64,000 bases of DNA from Saccostrea echinata (lineage: Eukaryota): NCBI RefSeq assembly GCF_033153115.1, contig NW_026889799.1:1860001-1924000 (forward strand), written 5' to 3'. Of this stretch, positions 1 to 13,668 are shown one piece after another (the first letter of the stretch is position 1; the number at the start of each line of letters is the position of its first letter). The position numbers were made by a program, and so were the translations under genes. The notes under the pieces were generated by a model. That model did not search any database and was not told the DNA's origin. It was given only the letters and a program-made list of their open reading frames with translations.

Positions 1-54
1 TGCAAATTCTCACTCTTTATAACAATACTGTCGAGTAACAATAAACAAAACTTT

Positions 55-770
55 TTCATACTGGTTTGATTCTCAGGAGCATGTTTTGAGTACTACCCGA
101 ATTTCAAACAGTTCGGACTACTTACAGATAAGATGATGCTATAGGGATTTCAACAACCTCATTTGAAGTCAGCATATCGTAAATTCTACGGTCGTTATTA
201 TGACCTTGTTAGCAAATATAACTTACCCCTGTGTCGTATTTTACCTGACGTGTTTCATACAGTTTGTTAGACCTGTTTTTATATTAAATTTGACGCATTG
301 CGCAGTGATTAGAACGTTTGATCTAGAGACGCGGTGCAAGGAGTTGATCCTTACGTCGCGGGATCGAATCCACTGCGGGTCATGGAGAGCGGTCTTTTGG
401 ATGAGACCGTTTAAACCGACGTCCCATGTCGAGGTAGATGCTGGCACGAAAAAGATCCCTCACTGCCCTAGCCTGAGTGCCAAGTATATGTCAAAAATTT
501 GCAGCCCTCCATCGGCAAGTGGTTGCGTCTCCATATGAGTGAGAAATTCTCGAGAGGGACGTTAAACAACAAACAAAACAAACAAACTACGGAATGTCCA
601 ATTTACCTGATCAATACATAGGGCGCATGGCGGGAGTGACTGGTCAATAAGGGATACTTACTCCTCCCAGGCACCTGATTCCACCTCTGGATTTCCGGGG
701 GTCTGTTTTTTTTTTTATACCTGTATCGTTTGTAGATTTTTTTTTCTTTTTTGAGACAGTTCACTATTCA
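55..770 (+). mobile_element. Penelope-like 3' fragment interrupted by a SINE
   Basis: Encodes a degenerate RKFYGRYYDLVSKYN. The conserved tail (..TACTCCTCCCAGGCACCTGATTCCACCTCTGG) resumes at ~588 after the SINE. Confidence 0.7.
293..587 (+). mobile_element. tRNA-derived SINE (Deu/Nin-like core)
   Basis: A-box-like TTGCGCAGTGATTAGA, B-box GATCGAATCC, core GGATGAGACC..AAACCGA..AAAGATCCC, (AAAC)n tail. Confidence 0.8.
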
Positions 771-865
771 CCTTTTTTTCAATTAAATACTTTTAAAAAA
801 TGCTGAATTAAAAATGAAACCATCGTCAGTTTTTAGATTTTACCAATAAAACCAAAACAACAAAT

Positions 866-1090
866 CTGGGGTCCGTTTTACAAAAAAACTTATGAATAAG
901 ACCAAAAACTTCAGTTGATTGTAAGACCTTGCAAAATTAGTGAGTCTGTTCAAAATCTTTAGAATAAAAATAACTATATATATTCCTTTTAAAAACATTA
1001 AAACCGTTTTTAATTGAATGTGAATTAGACAATTATAAGCAGAACTAAATTTTGATCTTAGCGTAAGTTATTTTGTAAAAAGGGACCCAG
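866..1090. mobile_element. MITE with ~50-bp TIRs (PIF/Harbinger-like)
   Basis: CTGGGGTCCGTTTTACAAAAAAACTTA.. versus ..TAAGTTATTTTGTAAAAAGGGACCCAG; CWG flanks. Confidence 0.7.
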
Positions 1091-1969
1091 ATATTTAAAC
1101 ATTTGTATAAATAATCATTTTATCTAGGCGTTATGGAGCTGCACAGCGACTGAGGTTGTACATGTAAAAGAAAATCGCCTTTACGATAAGCGTATTTTCC
1201 AATTTACTTCAAAAATACAAAGGCATAGATCAGACTGTTTGAGCTGAATATATATGGTGTATCAACTGCACCGTCTTTTTTCAATTCATGATAACATTTT
1301 TGATTCAAACCCGTCACGTGATACAAAGCTGATACATGAGATATAACTGGTACTTAGAACGGCACACGATTTCATTCATTATGGATAATTATACTATCTT
1401 TGTTGTACGTACATGGTTATCTTGTTACAAAGTTTATTAAAAGTAATATTTATTAAGGAACTGAGATAACATTTTCCATTTCCTTCCTTAACATAGGTTA
1501 TCTGTAGAATTTGATACCCGAATCTGGAGAATGACAAATTAGGGTGTACTGTAAATATCTCAATTAAAAAAATTAAAAACATTTAAAAATGTACATAGTG
1601 TCTCTGGGGAAAACAATGTATCTGTGATTCACATATGCAGGGGAAAAGCCACAGCATCAGGATTTCAAAGGGTAAACAATCCCCCATGTAAGACCTAGAG
1701 TGTCAAAAATAAATTGACGAGACGCATACGCCTAAAAATTTTCCTTTATCAGATAAAATCAATAGTCATAATGCAAATACTGGAAACCACACGTAATGTG
1801 AAATGTATGTCGCAAAGTAAATGCTTCCAAAGTGTGATTTACTCAATCAGAAGACATATTGTTGATCGGAGAATCCAAACATTGATAGACTTAATTTCAG
1901 TTTAACAGAAAGTTACACAAATCACACAATATTAACAGTTTCGTTTAAAGTCATCGCATGTTCAATGAT

Positions 1970-2250
1970 CAATACAATGACCTTGTCAGCAAATACAACC
2001 TATTAAGTCGAATGCTGACTAACGTCTTTGATACTAATTGTTAGGCCACCATTTACACACTGAATTGTACACAGTTTTCCCGTTTTCCCGATTATGACAA
2101 GCAGCACACGGTTGGTGTGACCGGTCGAAGGGATGCCGACTCCTCAATGGCACCTGATTCAACCTCTGATGTTTAGAGGTCCTTGTTTGCTCTGCTCTTG
2201 ATCTGCATTGTTTCAATGGACTTTTGTGCTTGATTACTGTTCGCTATCTC
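1970..2250 (+). mobile_element. Penelope-like 3' tail fragment
   Basis: AATGACCTTGTCAGCAAATACAAC..GGTGTGACCGGTCGAAGGGATGC..CACCTGATT; same family as 40100-40880. Confidence 0.7.
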
Positions 2251-3008
2251 CATATATCACTGTTTCTCCATTTTGAAAACTTGAAGTATGTTTTTTCGCC
2301 ATTGTGTTATAATAATCAAAGCTTACGTGGTTCGTAAATGTTATATTATTATATTTGTATCAAGAAAATCCGTATCAGAAGCTGAAATACTATAAACATA
2401 AAATTTTGGAAAAATTGTAAGTCTGAATTATAAATCTTTCACCTTTGCATCGTATTGAAAGACATTTGCTTACTTACATATAAATGAAAACAATCCAATA
2501 ACACGCATCTGTAAAATCATAATTTCTTCTCTTCCACTCTTCGGAATTGAGGGACGCAAGTCGGTAGGAAATATAGAGCTTAACCATTTCCTTATACACT
2601 GTCTTTTAAACTGTTGATTTCAATGAATTGATGACACTAGGATATATCCTATTGATTATCTTAAAACAAGTAGGGCAATGAATTTCTTTCCTGTACAAAT
2701 ATTTTCGTTTTGTTTTGCACAAATACATTTTGAAGGCTTGTGTTCTTTATAATCATTTTTCTGAAGAAAAATTGATTTGCTTATTCAATTACGCTACATA
2801 CATGTACAAGAATGCACGTTCATTCGATACTCAGAATGATTCTGAAAGCATTCATAACTTGCTTAGCCTTACCTTACAAATATATACGAATAACCTAAAT
2901 TCAAAGCCTTATATTGGAAACTTTACATTTTTACATTAAATATAAATCTTATTTATATATATTTCTGCAACTAATGGAGATCAGTTATTGCCTTGATAAA
3001 CCTCTCTT

Positions 3009-3043
<35 letters not shown>

Positions 3044-4094
3044 ACTTGTCACATTTCAACGACCTAATACTTAAATGATATCAAAATTAATATTATAGAA
3101 AATTATACTATCGTTCAGAAAATCTGAATTTTACTACAATCCATTTAATGGCAAAAATAATTGTAAGATAAATTAAGTTTCGGATAGCTATTTATAAATA
3201 TTTTGTTATAACATACATTCATTCTTAGTTTTACTCACATATTAACTCATAAGAAATTGGGAACCATGTCGTGCTACGGCTAGTACTAGCTGCAGAAACA
3301 TGGTATAGGGCTTGAGGTGTGGAACCTGATGACGGCCTCAAAATTATAATTTTGGACTTATATAATATCATTGTACATGTAGCACATTATCAAAATTCCT
3401 TTTTGGCAGCCCTCACCTTTTTCTAATCTGTATTCTTTTTAGTTTTTAATACAAGATGTAATTATGCACTTGTATTATACTACATACACGCAAACAAATA
3501 GAAACTTACAAACTTGCATTTATCTTAAAATCTTATAAATGTCTTTCCTTTTTTATTAGTATAATTATTGGTTAAGTATTACTTACAACCTTGCATATAA
3601 CTTACAGTAACCAAAATTATGGTTTTATTTTATCATTTATAATTTTTCTTAATTTGATATATTATTAATTTTGTTGAAGTTAACATTTAACTCCATGTAT
3701 GATCGGCAACCAAAAAATGATTGCTTCAGACTTCCCGACTAAGTAACAAGATGGTTATTTATTTATTATTTAATCATTTAAAAAGAATAATAAGTATATA
3801 TACATGTATATCTACGCGACATACAGAGGCCTGTCCTTCTACATAACAGTGGAAGGGACAGAGATTTTGAGGTTGGAAGCACAAGGTGAACAAATAAGAA
3901 TATAAATATTTTTAGCACCAATGAATGATTTATCGTAATTATGATATATCAATATAATACAAACAGAAGACTAAATCAGCCACAACAGAAACAGTCTAAG
4001 GCATTATCTATATATGATATTACGTTAATATCTGCGTATATACTGATATAAGCAAATCTAAAAAAAAAATCGTGGGTATGACATACTTGATGAC

Positions 4095-4330
4095 ATATAT
4101 GGAGATAACGAACAGTATTCAAACTCAAATGTCCATTCAAACAATGTAAATCAGGAGCAGAGCAAAAACGGACCTCTAAAACATCAGAGGGATCAGGTGC
4201 CATGGAGGAGTGAGCATTCCCTGCCGACCGGTCAGATCCGCGGTGTGCTCTTTGTCATGATCGGGTAATGATAGGAAATTCCATCGACAATTCAGTGGGT
4301 AAAAATTGATCTAACAATAAGTATGAAACC
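4095..4330 (-). mobile_element. Penelope-like 3' tail fragment
   Basis: Reverse-strand copy (GATCAGGTGCCATGGAGGAGTGAGCATTCCCTGCCGACCGGTCA), very similar to 53357-53670. Confidence 0.72.
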
Positions 4331-6139
4331 ATTCAAAATTCAAAAATTCAATTCATATATATATATATATATGCTTTAGTAAAATGCTAAAAATTAAATT
4401 GCAACATCTCTAAGCGATCCGCAGTTCCATCTGTTTTGTCCATTTAAAAAAAACAAACATCGTATAGTTTACTATTGCTCAAAGAAATGCTAATTAACGA
4501 AGGTATATTTTATACAACAAAGAAACACACAATTATGCAAACATTTTGACAATTAAATACACGTGTACTCTAAACCTAATGAAAAATGGTTTTTGAAGTC
4601 ATTTGACACCAATCATAACGCTCAGAAATATTCAACACTGGGTAATCCGACACACTGTCTAATCCGACTTTGTTTTTCTTTCCCGCAGCATGTCGGATAA
4701 GACAGGTTTCACTGTAATAGTAAAGTCCTAAAAAGAAACGCCCATCCTTGTAAAGGATGTATTTTCTATCTAAAAAATTCGCCGATATTATCATTTGGCA
4801 CCTTAACTGTACTGCGTAAATGATTTGTCTTTTTTCTTTATGCATAAAGTCCATTGAGGGTCTAGGAGTTAAGGAGATAATTCATAATACAAGATGAAGC
4901 AAGACAGCGTGCCCTAATTAAGAGACAATTAAGTGCTCTGCATTAAAAATTGAAGACTCTAAATTTCTTTGATTAAAATTTCAGTTAGAGAAAATTAAGT
5001 TCTGATTTTCTGATCGTCGAAGATTTTACTGCGTCGCAAATTTTTTTACTGTGGCGCACGCATAAAATTTGAATTTAAATTAAAATACTGTATCTGAGGA
5101 AATTCTACTGTGTCGGGGCGGGCACAGTAAAACAACTCATGGAAAACCCTGTTAAATAGTATTATCTTTCAGACTTATTTAACGTTTATCGGTAATCGGT
5201 GAAAATAAGGTGGAATGTGTAACGGACAATATAGCTGATGTTAGAATATGTGTAGGCAATATCGTCATATAAATTGAAAAGCTTAATTTTTAAAATAGGA
5301 TGAATTTTCATTCTCAGAATCAAACTAACATTTAGAAAATATTTATTTTATTTATTCTTTTCTGTCCCTTAAAAGTGTACAACAGTCTGAGATAATGATA
5401 AGTCCAAATGCAATACAGATTAAAGAAACTCCTGAGCTTCCTATCGCTATAGAACTCTGTCGAGGGTCATAAGCACAAGTTAAACTTCTTTTAAAAGCAC
5501 TAGTGTTCATTTTGTCTACTTTGAGCTCAGAGATAATGGTTTCGAATTCTTTGATACTCTTTGTATTTGGTGTTCCCGTTGATAAAGTTGTTTGGGCAGT
5601 TGAATACATCGTACATGCAGATGTTGATGCTAAGAAGAGAAAATATGCAATGTTTATTTATATGTTTGATAAATAGTTGACATTATTCATATGAAATTAG
5701 TTAATACACTTCCTCTGTTCAAACTCATAATGTTTTCTGTCAATATCTTGATTTAGATTTATAAATATTTCCTATATTAAAGACAGATATTACTATATTT
5801 TTTATTACAAGGATGGTGTTCCATAGCACATATCTTCGTTAATTGTACCTTTCAAAAACATTGAGTTATGTAGATCAACCAGGTATATGGAAACTAAAAC
5901 CGTCCGTTTCATCAAACTTGCTGGAAACCACACTTTGGTAAACTTACATTAAGTGGTTTAAAAAAGGCAGAAGATTTTTCAAGGTCGTGGGTTTGTTAAG
6001 AAATAATGTTCGAAGGTGATATTCTATGGTTTCAAATTGTTTCGTTTCAAGACAGCATTTTGCAATTCCGTGGAAGATATTATTGGCTATCAAAGAATTA
6101 CGGGTTATGTTTGGTTCAATTTGACAGCAGATTTCATAT

Positions 6140-6700
6140 CAATTTTGACTAAGTTTACTGCGTTTTCGTGATGAATACAGAAGGCTGAAGATGGGTGTAA
6201 CAGGTCGACATGGGATTTATTATTCCTCCTAGGCACCTGATCAAAAATCTGGTGTCCTCAGTCATATGTGTTCTGGCCTGTTTTAGATTTTGCATTTGTT
6301 ACAGGATTTCTGAGAAGGACCACTGTCTGTTATGTCCATCATCTTCATTAAAAATAATGACTGAACCATAAAAAAGAACTTACATATCTATATGCATTAC
6401 CTACTATAACTGGACTCTGACTAAATGCATGGACCTAGGATTAGATAGGACTCAGAGTCAAAGTTTTCGAAGAAATATCTCGGAAGGATCTTTGATTTAG
6501 ATTTTGGCAAGCTATTGACAAATAAGTTGATAAAACAAGAATATCAACACTCTAGTATAAAGTCATCATTTCGCAAGTTCTATGGTTGATAAAATGACCT
6601 TGTCAGCAAATAATATTTTTCAATATGCGAATTTTGAGTGACGTTTTTCATACAGACTTTAAGGCCATTATTTTCATACTGTATTGTCTACTGATTTATC
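6140..6700 (+). mobile_element. Two adjacent degenerate Penelope-like 3' fragments
   Basis: Tail motif at ~6190-6260. A separate KL..Q....KSSFRKFYG..NDLVSK segment lies at ~6510-6700. Confidence 0.6.
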
Positions 6701-7579
6701 CCTCTGTAAACAAAAATCCTTCTTCTAAAGATAAGCAGGGAGTTTATTGATAAAAGTGATATATACAGGTAACTATAATTTGAGTAATTTCAAAGAGTTA
6801 AACTGAAAGACTTAGAGTTCTTAGCATTGATTATGCTTCAACAGATATTCAAAGATTTCGAAGGGATATACATGAAACCCAAGTCAACAACTAGTCAGAA
6901 CTCTAAACTAACATTAAAGAGGTTACACGTGAATAAAGCAATATTTCTGTCTCACAAGAGATGGAGGGGGATATGATGTTAAATATTTTCAAAGTAAAAA
7001 TGGTTTCTCATTCGAAAAAAAAAGAAATTAAAACCAATTAAACTATGGCTGATAACCCTCTTATATTTAAGTATTAGCACATTCATTCTGATGTCCTCAA
7101 ATTTAGTGAACAATTTCTTAGATGTCTTGTGTACAGACCTACGATTGAAAGGACAGTTTAACACATTAGAAAATGACACTTCTTGCCTATCTTCCTTAAT
7201 GAGGAACCTAATTCCTTCCTGGGTGTTAGTCACTTGAAATCAAAATGGATAGCGTGAGCGGAAAGATGAAACTGTGTTACCAAGAATGATATGAATGCTA
7301 TGTTTAGAATTGAGAATAATGAGCATTTCGGGAGCAGGAGCTAGTTTTCTACCCAAGAAAGTCGTCTGTTGTCTATAAATGACATTGTTCGATTAACAAA
7401 GTTTCCACAAGAACTAAAATTAAAAATATTTTTATCACTCTTGTGTTTGCTTTGAATCCCATGTGCAGGAACAAGAAGTATTTTGATCTAAACTGAAATT
7501 GATAGATTTTGTGTGTGTGTTTAAACTTTGGGATTTCTTTTATACAGTTCTGATTTAACTAGAAGCTGATGATACTCAC

Positions 7580-7747
7580 CTGAACAAGCCAGAGTTGTGA
7601 TAGACCATGACGTTCCATTACACAATATCTCAATTGCACCTCCATTCCCTTGGTATCCAGGTACACACGAATATAAAGTCTTACTTCCGGCTATAATCCC
7701 ATTATACATTTTTATTGAATTTGGAATATCTGGAGGCAATGTGCACT
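7580..7747 (-). CDS. Sushi/CCP exon of paralog A
   Basis: Phase 1-1 exon of 168 nt with 4 Cys and a Trp in CCP spacing: C-TLPP...YSC-VPGY...C-NGTSW...C. Confidence 0.85.
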
Positions 7748-9967
7748 CTAAATTAAATACAAGTTCTTATCATTTTTTTTCTTTTGGATAGTGATATTTA
7801 AGTGAGTAATTAAGTTACTAAAAGCGGAGACTGATTTGTTCTTTACATTGATATGCGAAGAAATATTATCTCATCAATACATCAAATACAGTAGCTTTAT
7901 ACGAATAACTGGAATCATAAAAAAATATTCAATTGATTGTAGCATTAAAATAGACCTGTAAATCCTGCTTTGATAACTTTTACTGATATCTGAACGTTGT
8001 TAATCTGCATGTTCTCTGTACCATCTCCCCACAAGCCACCAATGTAGATCAGATTCCCCCCAGACACACTCGTGCTGGGAGTTCATAACAAAATATCTGT
8101 TCGTGTGTAGCCAAAAAGCACGCCCCCGTATGATTCCCCCAAGTAACCAAGGTTGGCAGATCCAGCTCCGTAAAACACTTTTCCTTTGCTGACTGAGGTA
8201 TCCCTAACCTGATTATTGTCAAACAATGCGAATGTGAATCCGGTCTATTTACATGTACATGTAACAATTTCTTTTAATGAAAAAAGTACAAGTGTTCAAA
8301 ATGTAAAGAATATTGTGATTACGCAGCTCTGTTAAGGCTGCATAAAGGGGGCGGGGCCTAATTTATACGGGAAAAGTTTACCGTGACATCACACAAATAT
8401 AGCAATTCCTCACAATAACAGAAAATGAAATAATTTGCGAATCTAAACTGCATAAGAGTAATGAACAACATCAAAACTTACCACTGCATTCATTTGTGTC
8501 GCTAGTTAAATCCCATACAGCAAGATATAAACAAGTCACTGATCGCAATGCACTTGTCGACATGACGTCATCATGGTAAAGTTTTACGCATTTTATGTGC
8601 AGTGAGAGGCGGATCAAGTAATTTTTTCACAGTGAAAAATGCATTTTATTATTAAACAGAATATTATTTGAAAATCTTAGGTAGACCAATAATACAAATC
8701 TGAGACGTTCGTTTAGTGCCATTATTTAAAAAATATCGAGAGAAGGTACTGAATTAATTCTACCGTGTTTTTGTATACAGAGTGTGCATATTTCACGCCA
8801 AGGTGCCTCATTAAATCGCCTTTTCGCAAGGACATGCACTTAATAGATCTTGACCATTTTTGGAATACACATAATGGACATATTCCTTAACTTGAAAAGT
8901 ACTGCTGCTTTCCTGAAATCGATAGCATAACTTAATAAATACATAAAATACTTGTTAAAGGTCACACATATTTCGACATTAGCAAGATAACTTGAAATTT
9001 AAACTAATAAAATGCGAATTCTATTTAAAGCAGCAGCACTTTCCATAAACTACAAGTTATGTAGAAACAATCTATTACTTTAATTTTTAATTTTAACTAG
9101 GGTATGCCCTTGCGATATTGAAATTTGTTTGTGACCTACATACAGTACACATTACATGCATTTATCACGTGACTATCAAATAACGTGACCAAACCAAATT
9201 CAGTACAGAGCGGGGTATACAATGTTATTTCAAAGAATGTAAAAGTCATAAGATAATATAGTACCTTTTCAAAATTAAAATTCATTTTAATAAGGTATGT
9301 ATTTATGCACGTTTATATTCTGTTGATTTCTTCGAAGTAAGCCTTAACAGTGCTGCGTACTATTTCAGAAAGTAAAGTATTTGATACGTATCTAATTTCA
9401 TATAATCAACAATGTATGTTTGTACCTCAACATTGACTAAGTGAAAGTCCAGGTCAATTGAGTTTAACATGGGTATTACTCCTGCTCCGGACAAGACGTC
9501 ACCTTTGACGTACCCGAAGTTATTCGTGTTTGATAAATCTGATGACGAAAGTATCCATGCTCGAATGATGACGTCAGCAGACACTGCATTGATATTGATA
9601 CCATTTCCCCATCCATCCCTGTAGCAGGTTACGTAATCATCTTTCAAGAAAATAAAATGTAGGTACTAACTTCTTTGAAATGAAAATCTATAAAAATCTG
9701 TATACATGTATAAATCATACCTCCCCTCTGCGTTTTAATTCTTTAATGGATAGTATGATACCTATAATAATACATGTAACTTATATTTTATTCTCCCATT
9801 ATGTAACAAACTCACAGTATTTGCTTGCTGCCCACAATGTGATTGCTGTGTCGTCTATTCCAAATACTGTTCCACATGCACTTACAGCACCGGAATGGTC
9901 AACCGTGATTGATGTTGTACATGTAAGGTAAAATCATTTACAATTAATAAACAAAGAAGTGATAGGT

Positions 9968-10248
9968 TTTTGTTTATTTGTTTGTTGTTTAACATCTCTC
10001 TCGAGAATTTTTCACTCATAAGGAGACGCCACCACGTGGGGTGGACAAATTAAGACTTTACTCGGCACTCAGGGTCATTGAGCAGTGAGGAATCTTTTCC
10101 GTGCCAGCACCTACTGCTACACCGACCTCGGTTTATACGGTCTCATCCGAAGGATTGGTCTCCACGTCCTGCAGTGGGATTCTAACCCGCGATCAAGTCC
10201 TTACACCGCGACACTAGAGCAAACGCCCTAACCACTGCGCCACGAGGG
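9968..10248 (-). mobile_element. tRNA-derived SINE (same family as 293-587)
   Basis: Reverse copy: (TTTG)n tail, CTCGGTTTATACGGTCTCATCCGAAGG core, CTAACCACTGCGCCA A-box. Confidence 0.8.
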
Positions 10249-13200
10249 TGAATAAGTCATAGCTACTTCCATATGTACTTTTACACCACCTCGGATATGT
10301 TGTCCTGGCCCGTCTGTCTCTCCGTCCGTATGTCACATTATTTTTATCCTCCGACTCCTCTTTCATTTTAAGCAGTAGCTGATTCATCTTTTTTGAATAT
10401 GATTGGTGGTGTTCTAGACATGTGCATTAAGGTTTCGGAATTTTGATTTTTTTTTTTTTTTACCCTGGGGCACGAAGGGTCGAAAAGAAATTTTTCTACA
10501 AATACTTGGTTTCCTGACTTCATCTTAATTTTTCGCAATAGCTAATTCATACTCTGGAGAATGTCTCATGGTGTCCTCTTGATATGCGATTTCGATTTTC
10601 ACCGCTGAGGCGATAAAAGAGCGAAAACAGATGTTTAATAAGAAAAATCCGTTTTCCTGAACGCCTGTTACAATTTATACAGTAGTCAATCATCTTTCGG
10701 AAAACGATCGGTGGTGACATGTAGATTGGCCATCATATTTTTTAAAAAAAAAATCATTTTTACTTCGGGTCAGCTGAGGCTGAAAAATGACGTTTTTCTA
10801 CAAATTAAATGCATCTAGACACAACCAGGTAAGAGGTCGGGATGCCAACTGCTTTATATATACTTCAGTAATTCTAAAACGATGGTGTTAGGATGACCCT
10901 AGAACCAATTAACCTAAACAACCCTTTCTACATTTTGACATTAGCATGCAACAAGAATACACATAGTGTAGGTATTGGGGTAACAACTGTTCTAAAGATA
11001 TTTGATCAGTACAAAATGAGGTAACTTCAATGCCAGGCGAGAGTCTTGAAATTTTCTAAAGAGGCAGATATTTTTTTTTATTACAAAATTTCCATTTTTA
11101 ACATAACTTTATAATAATTACTGAGTATTTCGAAATAATAGAATTATTGCGGCTTATTCCTTAGGTACCAAAATATGAATGAGAGTATCTAGAGGCACTT
11201 ACGTGAGGATATTACTATCTTATGACAACATCTTGTTGAGGTTTTTACCTTATCAGCAAGAGAAATAAAGCGATAAAATAACTGAAAATTTATCATAACT
11301 GTTCCCAAGAAATCTATTATGTCAAGATATAAAATATTTACCAAGTCCTTCTGAAACCAGCCCTGCAGGATGCATAATTTGGACAGTCACAAAATCTGGG
11401 TATGCTCCCAGGCAATGATAAACTTTTTGATATGGATTTGCTGAAGAAAGAAATATCAGTCAATTTTGTACAATTCGTGTAGCATATTAGAAAGTGTTTT
11501 ATCCATTTCATTGTTTTGGTGTAAAAATCTTATACTTTAATAATATTTATTTATGCAAGAATGCATTGCTACGTGAAATTTTTTTTTCTATGATCCTATA
11601 AAAGGAAGTTTTGATTATTTTTTTTTTTTTGAAAGGAAAAAAACATGTACCACTTATTGAAAGTCAAAGGTGTAATATTTTTTTAAGGATAAATAGCAAA
11701 AACTTTTTTTTTCAGAAATCCGCAATATATCTCCTAGATTAATAATAGTGTTTTCTAGGTTAAGTGAGAAAATTTTGTAGGATTTTGTCACAATGGCAAA
11801 AATATGTGCAAAATTTTGCATAGAATTACATGGAAAACGACAGAGAGTCGCATATCTAAGCACCAAAGAAAACTTACTATTTTTTTATTTTTTTTTTTTT
11901 TTTAGAGATCGATTATTTATGCCACTTCCATTCAAAATCAGTGAAAAAGTATATATCAGTTCATGTATCAAATGTTTGTTTGTGTTATATATTCTTAAGA
12001 TCAAGATGTACTAAATGAAGGTGCCTACATATATCTTAAATTTAAGAAACGAGTTCTTTTAATGATCCTTTACAAATATTGCTTGGTAAAATAAGGTGTA
12101 TCGGGACATAATTTTTAGGTTAACTCAATGAAAAACATATCTTAAACTGTAATTTTCAACGAAAAATGAAGAAAGTCAGATATAAATTTAGGAATTTTTT
12201 TCCTTCAGAGAAAAGAGAAGTGTATCTATATTGCCCACAGTCTTTCAGAAAACGGTTTTTTGTATCTTCTTGATCTCTACTTTAAAATGATTAAATTAAA
12301 TTGAATATAGATATCGGGGTTACTTCAGATATGATTTCAAATTGAATTCCACGAAAATGCTTCTTTTTCTACATGATTTTATTTCAGAAGTAAAATGTGG
12401 GAGAAATTAGATTTAAATCAATTATGACGTCACAATGGATCTAGCACCACCAACAAGACATTCTGAACTCATTTACTAGATCTTGACCTTAGGTCCTAAT
12501 GTTTGCAAACAAATAATTTATCTCACTAAAAACCTGTAGAAATCGTCAGTCCAGATGTAAGACTAAAATCAGGTTTTGGCCAATCTGATAGTTTCCAAGC
12601 TCTAATGCGAACTTTACAGGTTTCAAAGGATCCAATAAATGGGCCAGTGTATGAGGAACCACCTACAACAATGACAGAATTTTATGTACAGTATGCTTGA
12701 TTTTCATTTAGTTCGAATTTTAAAATCCTTCCCTGACAGAAGTAGAAAAAAATATTTTGATCAAGAACTATGGAATTAGGAGAAATGAAATACATTTCAG
12801 AAATAAATCTACTTTGTATTATGTAGTACAATGTACTGCTGTAAGTTTTCACCTGTAGTTAAAACACGCCCGATACCACCACCATAACTAGGCTTGATCA
12901 CAGGAACAAACAACAGAACATGTGAATAATTGTATCCATACGCCACTCCTCCATATTCATTAGGAATATCGTCATCTTTTGGAGTGGAACCAAGTCCTGG
13001 AAATATGTATTCTTTGCCACTTTGGAGAATTTTTACTTGAACGTCTACTTTGGCGGGTATTTCATTTAAGCTGTGAGTTATGCATAAGGGACTTGTGCCA
13101 TTGACCGTTAATGTATACCAATCACTTATGAATGGTTTTCTTATGTTGTTCATCTGACAGAAACCTGTATGAAAACAGAAATAAAGCAGATAATATACAT

Positions 13201-13605
13201 CATTTCTCCATGTTCTTGTATGCAACTGTAATTTTTGGTTATTGCAGTTTCTTGCCTTTTGATTTAAGGAATTTTAAGAACCTCTTGCATTTAGAATACT
13301 TTAAGCAATTTTATTAGCTCAAGATGATTGTTATATAGATTACTAACTTAAAAAACAATAACTATAAAGAGTTGATAGCAAGTCAAACGTAGACCAACGG
13401 AGAAACCAACCATAATGGAGAAGTAAGCATATCTTATTAACCGTTCACACAGGCTGTGAAGCCTTTGTATTGATCAGTTACACGGATTAAGTATCTCATT
13501 ATCGAAACAAAAACAATTACCAAATAATTGTATAAAAAAATGACAGTCATCATTTGACGGAACGACAGCGTTTTTTTTTTTTATTTTATTATCTTTTTAT
13601 TTTTA

Positions 13606-13607
13606 TT

Positions 13608-13666
<59 letters not shown>

Positions 13667-13668
13667 TT
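13606..13668. repeat. (TTTA)n microsatellite
   Basis: About 15 tandem TTTA units. Confidence 0.95.

Larger units (their letters stand above)
5352..13164 (-). pseudogene. Paralog A: probable pseudogene of a membrane protein with 3 novel repeats, 1 sushi/CCP domain, stalk and TM
   Basis: Reconstructed exons (minus strand): 12853-13164, 12534-12662, 11342-11440, 9816-9920, 9426-9640, 7956-8208, 7580-7747 (sushi ECTLPPDIP..YSC..C..WS..C), 5352-5629 (DPRQSS + TM). Phases are compatible, and the 129/99/105-nt exons match paralog B in length. Lesions: in-frame TGA at 8083-8085 where the paralogs have W (LLWTP), and acceptor CAT instead of CAG at 9921-9923. No intact signal-peptide exon found. Confidence 0.82.

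Noticed and set aside
200-538. Short track ORFs as genes (e.g. 200-538, 13554-13853, 18482-18799, 29438-29644, 49054-49317, 50002-50285, 60488-60818)
   Set aside because: They are chance frames across SINEs, microsatellites, satellites or low-complexity DNA, with no protein-like motifs.
3239-3371. Possible minus-strand exon ending at a strong GTGAGT donor
   Set aside because: The 44-codon frame has no similarity to the gene family and no partner exons were found.
8083-8085. Selenocysteine or read-through TGA in copy A
   Set aside because: The paralogs have Trp (TGG), not Cys, at this site, and a second lesion exists in the same gene. A simple nonsense mutation is more parsimonious.
8336-9343. 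TTAA-flanked element in an intron of copy A
   Set aside because: The inverted terminal match is only ~6 bp and there is no second copy in the window to confirm it.
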